From a virus: DNA of 36,935 nucleotides. Numbering within the stretch: the first letter of the stretch is position 1; each line of letters opens with the position of its first letter. The notes beneath the pieces are model-generated. The model was not told where the DNA came from. It did no database searches and worked only from the letters and a program-made list of their open reading frames with translations. The stretch is from positions 1-36,935 of IMG/VR virus record IMGVR_UViG_3300038859_000015, one strand, 5' to 3'. Position numbers and translations under genes: made by a program. Of this stretch, positions 30,999 to 36,935 are shown one piece after another.

Positions 30999-32918
30999 TT
31001 ATTCTCCCAATGATTGTTTAATGCGAGCCTTCAATCTCGCATCTTTAATTTGCCCAGTTAAAAATTTAAAGCTGGTTGCCACAGGCGCCGGCACCCCAGT
31101 GGTGCCAGTCAAGGCCACGTCCATCAGACCTGCTAGCACAGTGGCGGTATTTGAGGTGTTCACCGCGCCAGGCGGGGCTGTCAGTACTGTCTTGGCCACG
31201 TCATTGATGGTACGAAGCTGCTCCGCCCCCTTCTTGCCAAAGATAAAGTCCAGCTTACCGGTCTTGTCTAGATTGGTGACGGCGCGATCCAATTGGGCTG
31301 GTGATACAATGCGATCGCCACGCTGATTAGTAGTGACGCCTTTCAGCATCTGATCCTGGATGTGTCGCAGGGTAGCACCTTGCAGCTCACGCCAAGCTTG
31401 CTTGCCCTCGTCACCGGCCTTGGTTTGGAGCAGACGACGTAGCTGTCGTACTGAATCAAGCGAGGAGGATGGTTCAAGGATTGATTTGCGTACTACATCC
31501 TCAAGCGCAATGGCACGATCCTCCGAACCACGCCTCAAGCCGATTAAGTTCTTAACCAGGCCAATGTTCTCATAATCCTGGGCATAGCGCGCACGAGCAC
31601 GCCGTGCCTGACGGTACTTATCGCCCCCTAAGCCCGCGGTGGTCTCATCAATCAACCCCTTCATAATAGCCGCTTGACGGATGTTAGTTGGTTCAGCATT
31701 GGTAGCGTTGTTAATAGAACGGCGCAGCAGCTCAGCGTCCTTCAGTGAAATGGCGCCAGGCACCAGCTGCCCATCAGGGCCCTCAGTGGCAGCACCCAGC
31801 TGGATGGCCTTGGCGCGCACTGCCTTGAGCACATTTGCCACCTCAGCCTCAGGCGCCGAGTCATTCAGGTGCTTAATAAAGGTAGTCAGCGCCACTGGCG
31901 CCTCCATCTCACCTGCTTTCTCGGCCTCCTTGTACAGGGAGCGGATCCGCCTTTTATCATTGGCGGCACGGTTGCGCAGCGCCTTATCAACGATCTCACC
32001 CACCCCGCGCAGTTCAGTAAGCTCAGCCCCAGTGGCGTCGATGAACTCATCCAGGTTCTGCTGCAGCTGCATGTTCTGCTCCTCAAACCGTTCACGGATG
32101 GGCGCACCCTCCTCAGGTAGCTTCGCGGTCTCACGCTCAAAGCGCTGCGCCTCAAAGTCACGTGTGCGTTGCCCTTCAGTAAGTTGAATAGGCACCGGGA
32201 GCTCATCTGCCTGGGTCTGGCGTAACGTTGTTTGATCAACAGCCTGGGCACCAGCTGAGGTACCAGTGCCAGGAGTAGGTCTTGCATCATCATCACGTGC
32301 CGGTACGGCTTGCTTGATGCGCTCCACTACCTGTTGTGTTGCTTGCTGGGCTGGTTGCACAACGCGACGGCCAACTGTAGCACGCGCAACAGGTGCAGCG
32401 GCACGAGTTGAAGCCGCCACCGGTTGAAGCTGAGCCGCCATAGGAGCAACCGCGACTAAAGGTTCAGTTACCTCGCCGATGGTCTCAACGATCTCTTGAC
32501 CCGCCTCAGTCCGCGGTGCGTATGTCAGCGCCTGCATGCCCTCCATCGCCTGCTGCTCGATCCGATCGGCCGCCTCTCTCGTGCCAAACTCGCCAGCGAG
32601 CAGCTCCTCAGCGATCCCCTTAAGGGTCCCGCCGATCATTCCAAGGGTGCCTCCTGTGGCACCAGTTACTGTGGTCAGAGCGGCCTCGCCAGCGCCTGTT
32701 AACTGATCACCAAGCGTGGGGTCAGGGGCCTCAGGTACGGTGCCCAGCACCACAGTTGGGCCCATATCCGGGATCTGCTCAGTAAGTTCAATACTTGGAT
32801 CTGCGGCACGCCGTTCTCGCTCACGGTTGATGACCGTGGCGAGCCGCCGTGCTGCTTCCTGATCACCGGCCTTATCAGCGTTTACTAGAGCTCGCTCAAG
32901 TTCAGGTAGTGTGGCCAT
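30999..32918 (-). CDS. internal virion / DNA-ejection protein (639 aa)
   Basis: Large Ala/Gly/Thr-rich protein in the ejection-protein block. No enzymatic motif recognised. Confidence 0.55.
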   Translation of the reverse strand: MATLPELERALVNADKAGDQEAARRLATVINRERERRAADPSIELTEQIPDMGPTVVLGTVPEAPDPTLGDQLTGAGEAALTTVTGATGGTLGMIGGTLKGIAEELLAGEFGTREAADRIEQQAMEGMQALTYAPRTEAGQEIVETIGEVTEPLVAVAPMAAQLQPVAASTRAAAPVARATVGRRVVQPAQQATQQVVERIKQAVPARDDDARPTPGTGTSAGAQAVDQTTLRQTQADELPVPIQLTEGQRTRDFEAQRFERETAKLPEEGAPIRERFEEQNMQLQQNLDEFIDATGAELTELRGVGEIVDKALRNRAANDKRRIRSLYKEAEKAGEMEAPVALTTFIKHLNDSAPEAEVANVLKAVRAKAIQLGAATEGPDGQLVPGAISLKDAELLRRSINNATNAEPTNIRQAAIMKGLIDETTAGLGGDKYRQARRARARYAQDYENIGLVKNLIGLRRGSEDRAIALEDVVRKSILEPSSSLDSVRQLRRLLQTKAGDEGKQAWRELQGATLRHIQDQMLKGVTTNQRGDRIVSPAQLDRAVTNLDKTGKLDFIFGKKGAEQLRTINDVAKTVLTAPPGAVNTSNTATVLAGLMDVALTGTTGVPAPVATSFKFLTGQIKDARLKARIKQSLGE

Positions 32919-32921
32919 TAT

Positions 32922-34181
32922 CTAGCCTCCGTACTTCTGAAGCAGTGCTTCAATGTCTTCAGGTGAGGTCTCAACTGCGGGGGTATCTGGGGTCGTGGAC
33001 GGCACCCCATGACGACGAGCAATGTTCTCACGGGCTTTTAAAAGCAGTCGCTGCGCCTCACGCACATTGGACATCAATCGTTGTGGACTTTGCTTGAGGT
33101 TAAAGTTCTGGAGCGCGGCTGTGATCTTCTTACCCTCAGCGTCAGATAACGCCCCCATTCCCTTCAGGTTGGGGATCTGCGCTAAGAACGCTTGAGCGTC
33201 TAGATTTTCGATCAGCGCCTCGAAGTCAGCTGTATCCTGATCAAGTGTCGGAAGGCGAGCACTAATGGGACCGGTGGCATCCTCTACCACCCCAATTGGT
33301 GTCTGTAAAATTCGATCAGCCGTATTAAGCATGTTATCAATGTTCGTATTGGCTGTTTCAACGTCGGCCACCTTAGCGCGCACCTCTGCGTCCCGCTTAT
33401 GTTGCGCATCAGCCACCTTCTGCTCAAGCTCCCGCCGCTTAAGCTCATTGGTTTCACGAGCAAGTTGTGCCTTCATAGCAGCAATGCGACTGTTTTCCCG
33501 GGAGATCTTAGCATCCTCCTGAATCTTGAAGATGTCCCAGCCTTTTTTCTGGAGGTCGAGAGCAGCCTCCGATTCCGCAAAATCAGCATCAACGGCAGCC
33601 TTTCTGGCTTTTGACTGGGCGGCAGATAATTCCTCAGGAGCAAGTGATGCCTCACGCCGCTCTGATTGAAGCTTGGTAAAGGTCTCAGTAAATTCCTCAG
33701 GTCCCATCATGCTCGATAATCGAAGTGCCACTGATGTCTTAGCAGCGTCAGGATTGATGTTAATGGTCTCAGCAAGCGTTCGTGCAGCCCTTGCAGACTG
33801 AGTATCACCAGTGTTCTCCGCTGCCTGAGCCTGGGTTTCAAGCAAATCACGAGCGATCTCAGGTCGACCAGCTTCAAGCGACGCGTAAATCTCAGAGGCT
33901 TGAGAAACTCGATTTGATCTTTGTTCATCACTAAGCATATTCCAAGCTTGTTGAAACTGCTCGTTAAATTGTGGGTACTTCACTGTAAGTGCTGCGTAAT
34001 CAGAGGCAGTAGGGGTTTCTTTTGAGAGAACTGTTGCCAAATCATTCCTCATCGCTTGTTGGGCAGCCAGCGCGCGATCTCTATCAGCCCGTTGTTGACG
34101 AGCCTGGTTAATTGCTGACCCAATTTGAAACCCGCGAGCTACTGCTGCACTAGGATCCTGAAAATTATAGTTAACTGGCAT
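32922..34181 (-). CDS. internal virion / ejection protein, coiled-coil (419 aa)
   Basis: Long Ala/Glu/Arg/Gln-rich helical sequence. Call based on position. Confidence 0.5.
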   Translation of the reverse strand: MPVNYNFQDPSAAVARGFQIGSAINQARQQRADRDRALAAQQAMRNDLATVLSKETPTASDYAALTVKYPQFNEQFQQAWNMLSDEQRSNRVSQASEIYASLEAGRPEIARDLLETQAQAAENTGDTQSARAARTLAETININPDAAKTSVALRLSSMMGPEEFTETFTKLQSERREASLAPEELSAAQSKARKAAVDADFAESEAALDLQKKGWDIFKIQEDAKISRENSRIAAMKAQLARETNELKRRELEQKVADAQHKRDAEVRAKVADVETANTNIDNMLNTADRILQTPIGVVEDATGPISARLPTLDQDTADFEALIENLDAQAFLAQIPNLKGMGALSDAEGKKITAALQNFNLKQSPQRLMSNVREAQRLLLKARENIARRHGVPSTTPDTPAVETSPEDIEALLQKYGG

Positions 34182-34879
34182 TAGAACAGTCCTCCAATAG
34201 CTCCACCAAGGCCGCCGAGTATGCCGCCCCCGCCTCCTCCACTACCACCTCCACCACTTGGAGCAGGGGCATCTTCACGGGCAGCCACCAACCCAACCAA
34301 GTTGCCCAAGGTGTTACTGTAGATCTGGCCTTGACCCAATCTAGCAGCTGCTTGTGCGGCGCCACCCTGGGTTGCAAATTGACCAATGTTGGCAGCGGTC
34401 TGCATACCACCAGCACCGGTCATAGCCGCCGAACTTTGACCCAGACCTGTGATACCGCCAAGGTTGGCGTACTGCTGCTGCACCAAGTCACTAAGCATCT
34501 GTGGGCGAAACTGGGCAAGAGCTGCTTGGGTGTTCCCGCCTCTGAGACCCCCAGTGGCGGCGGCATTTTGTAATATGGCCTCTTCGCCTTGCTCTACCAT
34601 TGCTTGGAATTGAGGAGAAACCTCTAACTGAGCAATTGCCGCGTCCTGCGCCTCTGGCCCCGCAAGACCAATCAATGCCCGCTGAGCTGCCAGTGATTCC
34701 TCACCGGCCTCAGAGTACGGGCGAAGCAGCTCTTGCATCGCGTCAAATTGCCGTCGTTGTTCATCAATAGCAAGAGCCGTCGCTGAACCTTGCTCTTTTG
34801 CTGCACTTTTAGTTGCGTCACTTTGCAGGTACCCAGACACGACGGTCCCAGCTGCAACTGCTACGTATCCCCAGCTCAT
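34181..34879 (-). CDS. internal virion / ejection protein with Gly-rich C-terminus (232 aa)
   Basis: N-terminal hydrophobic segment, Gln/Ala/Gly-rich body, and C-terminal SGGGGSGGGGGGILGGLGGAIGGLF. Confidence 0.5.
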   Translation of the reverse strand: MSWGYVAVAAGTVVSGYLQSDATKSAAKEQGSATALAIDEQRRQFDAMQELLRPYSEAGEESLAAQRALIGLAGPEAQDAAIAQLEVSPQFQAMVEQGEEAILQNAAATGGLRGGNTQAALAQFRPQMLSDLVQQQYANLGGITGLGQSSAAMTGAGGMQTAANIGQFATQGGAAQAAARLGQGQIYSNTLGNLVGLVAAREDAPAPSGGGGSGGGGGGILGGLGGAIGGLF

Positions 34880-35328
34880 TTTAATAGCCTCCGAATATCC
34901 TCGTGGTACTCAAGTTGAAAGTTTTCATCTTCAATGTGCTGCTCCTCAATGGCTTCCAGGTCTAACTCATCATCAGGGTTATGATGAACGGTCATAAATA
35001 CCGTATCTTCTATAGCAAGTACAACACGCTTCGCGCCAGGTTGTGAAACAGAAACGTGGCCCGCCTCGACCAGATCTCGACCAAACTCGGTAACGATCTC
35101 AGCTCGGCCTTTAAGGACCATCATTAGGTGTGCATGCTTATGAATTTTTCCGACGACAAGCATACCAGCGGTCATGGAAAAGCGGCGGCCGTACATTCCA
35201 GGAGCAAAGAAGTGCTCAGCCTCAGGCATGTCAGTGCGGAGCTCAAGCATGGTCTCCTGAAGCCGTTGGATTTTTTCTCTTGTGGAAGGTCCTTGTGAGG
35301 ACCTGTTTGAATTGGCTTCTACCAACAT
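34876..35328 (-). CDS. cupin-like small protein (about 150 aa)
   Basis: GKIHKHAHLMMVLKGRAEI and PGAKRVVLAIEDTVFMTVHHN resemble the two cupin motifs. ATG 35328 with a GAGGAG RBS; the track start at 35352 is a TTG. Confidence 0.5.
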   Translation of the reverse strand: MLVEANSNRSSQGPSTREKIQRLQETMLELRTDMPEAEHFFAPGMYGRRFSMTAGMLVVGKIHKHAHLMMVLKGRAEIVTEFGRDLVEAGHVSVSQPGAKRVVLAIEDTVFMTVHHNPDDELDLEAIEEQHIEDENFQLEYHEDIRRLLK

Positions 35329-35404
35329 ACTATTCTCCTCTAAGAGGGTCAAGGCTGCTGGCTGCCTGGGACTCAGCTATCAACCATTGTGGTTGATTGA
35401 ACTG

Positions 35405-35433
35405 ATCCTAGCACGCCTTCAATCACCTGTAAA
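35405..35433 (-). promoter_or_regulatory. sigma70-like promoter on the minus strand: TTTACA-N17-TAGGAT
   Basis: The minus strand reads AAGGTGTTTACAGGTGATTGAAGGCGTGCTAGGAT. It shares AGGTGTTTACA with the 15449 and 22512 blocks and lies in the gap after the tail fibre stop. Confidence 0.5.
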
Positions 35434-35440
35434 CACCTTA

Positions 35441-36935
35441 TTATGACCTTGAGCAAATCATCCTTGAATCAGTGACCTCATTATCCACACCGCCCATACC
35501 ATTTTCCACATAAATAACAAATCCCTCATCCTCCACGACATCGAGAATATCCACGACCTGTGAAGACAAGGGCACGCCGTTTCGAGCCGAGACGGTGGAA
35601 CCATTAGCATCACGGGTGGCAGCATACGAGGTGTCAGTCTTCATCAATACCGCTCGTACTGGGCTGTCAGCTCCTGATACCTTCTGCACGGTGACCCAGC
35701 CCTCAATGCTCAACGAGGTAGCTACCTCACCGGTGTACACAAACCAGCCCGACGCGCTGTCCCCCGTGGTGTGGCAGTAGTAGTTGGGCTCGGTACCGTC
35801 ATCAGTGAACTCAACTAATGTTGTAAGTCCACTGTCGGCGTACAGTTGAAAGGTGGTGGCAGTAACACTGCCGACGTAGTAAATGACCTTCTCCTGCAGC
35901 TCAGCGGGAAGGCCACCGTTCTCACGCAACTCGATCTTATCCCCATTAGCAAGACCGTGGTTGAACGCAGTCCCACCAGTGGCATCGATGGCGCCATCCA
36001 CTGCCGTACAGGTGTTGGTGGTGTTGTCAAAGGTCACCTTATCACTAAAGCAGATGCGCTCCTCAACATTTCCATCTGACCATAAGGTGTTAATCGGCGT
36101 TGGTACGTTAGGGCCAGACATCACAGTCACATCGGTGTTACCATCAAATTGCAGGATGCCTTTAATGGTTGAATCACTAACCGGCGGACAGTTGTCAAAG
36201 TCATATCGTTTATCGCCGCTTGAGATGTTCTCTAACGGGGTGACTCCGCCAATGAACTCGCAGTCACGTACAGTAGCAATAACTCCGGGGGCGATGTTTG
36301 CAGAATCCTCGTCCCCGGAAATACCAATTGCTCCAGAAGGTGCGACGAAAATGATATTATTGACTTCAAACACCTGGAAGGTAGCCCCTGGGTACTCTAA
36401 TCCCTTAAAAGCTGAGCTCGCACTTCCCAAAGCGAGACGGTTGATGGTAAGAACGGAAAAGTCCCCGATTAAGGTCAGTCCACCATCAAGCCCAAGAGAA
36501 AATGTTTCATCAACAGCTGATACAAACCCGCAATTAACGATCTGAAGGGTTTCAAGATCTGTAAAGGTGCCAAACTTTTGACTAATTTTTTCAAGCCCGG
36601 AGTCAGCAAAACCTCGTACATCTTGTATATAGACAATCGAATCAGAGCCAACATCAGAGAAGTTATAGATCTGATTAGCATTAGGCGCTGAAATGGCGTC
36701 CCACCGATGGCTAAATGTTCTTACGTCCACCCCAGTAAACATGTCCCCTGTCCCGGTGTAGATAAGTCGTTCACCAGCATCAAAGCTTTGATGCGTAAGA
36801 ACCACATTGGGCTCAACAATGAACCGCTTATCGGTAACGATCTCAGCACCGCGAACGTAGATCTTTCCCTCCTCCAAGGTGATTGTGTCCGCATCTTGGA
36901 CATTAAAGTCATCAAGTCGATTGATGCGAACAACA
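35441..36935 (-). CDS. tail fibre / second receptor-binding protein. Its 5' end continues at 100..125 across the junction (about 506 aa in total).
   Basis: Long ORF with beta-rich repetitive sequence. It stays open through 36935 and continues in frame to the ATG at 125 once the 99-bp overlap is collapsed. Confidence 0.7.
   Translation of the reverse strand, partial: VVRINRLDDFNVQDADTITLEEGKIYVRGAEIVTDKRFIVEPNVVLTHQSFDAGERLIYTGTGDMFTGVDVRTFSHRWDAISAPNANQIYNFSDVGSDSIVYIQDVRGFADSGLEKISQKFGTFTDLETLQIVNCGFVSAVDETFSLGLDGGLTLIGDFSVLTINRLALGSASSAFKGLEYPGATFQVFEVNNIIFVAPSGAIGISGDEDSANIAPGVIATVRDCEFIGGVTPLENISSGDKRYDFDNCPPVSDSTIKGILQFDGNTDVTVMSGPNVPTPINTLWSDGNVEERICFSDKVTFDNTTNTCTAVDGAIDATGGTAFNHGLANGDKIELRENGGLPAELQEKVIYYVGSVTATTFQLYADSGLTTLVEFTDDGTEPNYYCHTTGDSASGWFVYTGEVATSLSIEGWVTVQKVSGADSPVRAVLMKTDTSYAATRDANGSTVSARNGVPLSSQVVDILDVVEDEGFVIYVENGMGGVDNEVTDSRMICSRS
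36837..36935. repeat. 99-bp terminal direct repeat, copy 2
   Basis: Exact copy of bases 1-99. Confidence 0.95.

Noticed and set aside
1-36935. Search for tRNA genes, CRISPR arrays, transposases/IS elements, integrase and att sites
   Set aside because: I saw no tRNA-like T-arm or acceptor pattern and no regularly spaced repeat array. No DDE or tyrosine/serine recombinase motifs appear in any ORF.

Overview
The window is a complete tailed-phage genome. Bases 1-99 are identical to 36837-36935, so the contig closes on itself with a unique length of 36,836 bp.

The genome has two transcriptional arms. They diverge at an AT-rich control region (9497-10071) and converge on a bidirectional hairpin terminator (27789-27830).

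The minus arm runs 9481 down to 1, wraps around the junction, and continues 36935 down to 27857. It carries TerS, TerL and a P22-type morphogenesis set (portal, acidic scaffold, P22-like coat, gp4-like and gp10-like tail factors). These are followed by a tail fibre gene that spans the contig junction, a cupin-like protein and three ejection or internal virion proteins. The arm ends with a pectate-lyase-type tailspike and a lysis cassette that has a GTA-type 3TM holin.

The plus arm (10072-27766) encodes replication and repair functions: a Toprim/SF3 primase-helicase, ATP-dependent ligase, family A DNA polymerase, Cas4-like nuclease, DEDDh exonuclease, VRR-NUC nuclease and SNF2 helicase. It ends with a nucleotide-metabolism module: SAM methyltransferase, MazG-like NTP pyrophosphatase, dNMP kinase fused to a UDG-fold domain, ThyA-family enzyme and dCMP deaminase.

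I saw no RNA polymerase, integrase, repressor, tRNA or CRISPR array. Transcription appears to use five host sigma70-like promoters (TTTACA-N17-TAnnAT).

Most noteworthy points:
- The ThyA homolog carries Asp at the pyrimidine-specificity position. With its neighbours, this suggests dCMP-directed base modification using T4-like logic.
- The dNMP kinase is fused to a UDG-fold domain.
- The ligase has its conserved LDGEL motif encoded in the -1 frame between two compensating frame changes.
- The control region holds a GTGTAGC iteron array and a structured leader.
- A low-GC Trp-rich orphan gene sits behind a terminator.

All functional calls come from motif recognition by eye. No database search was run.
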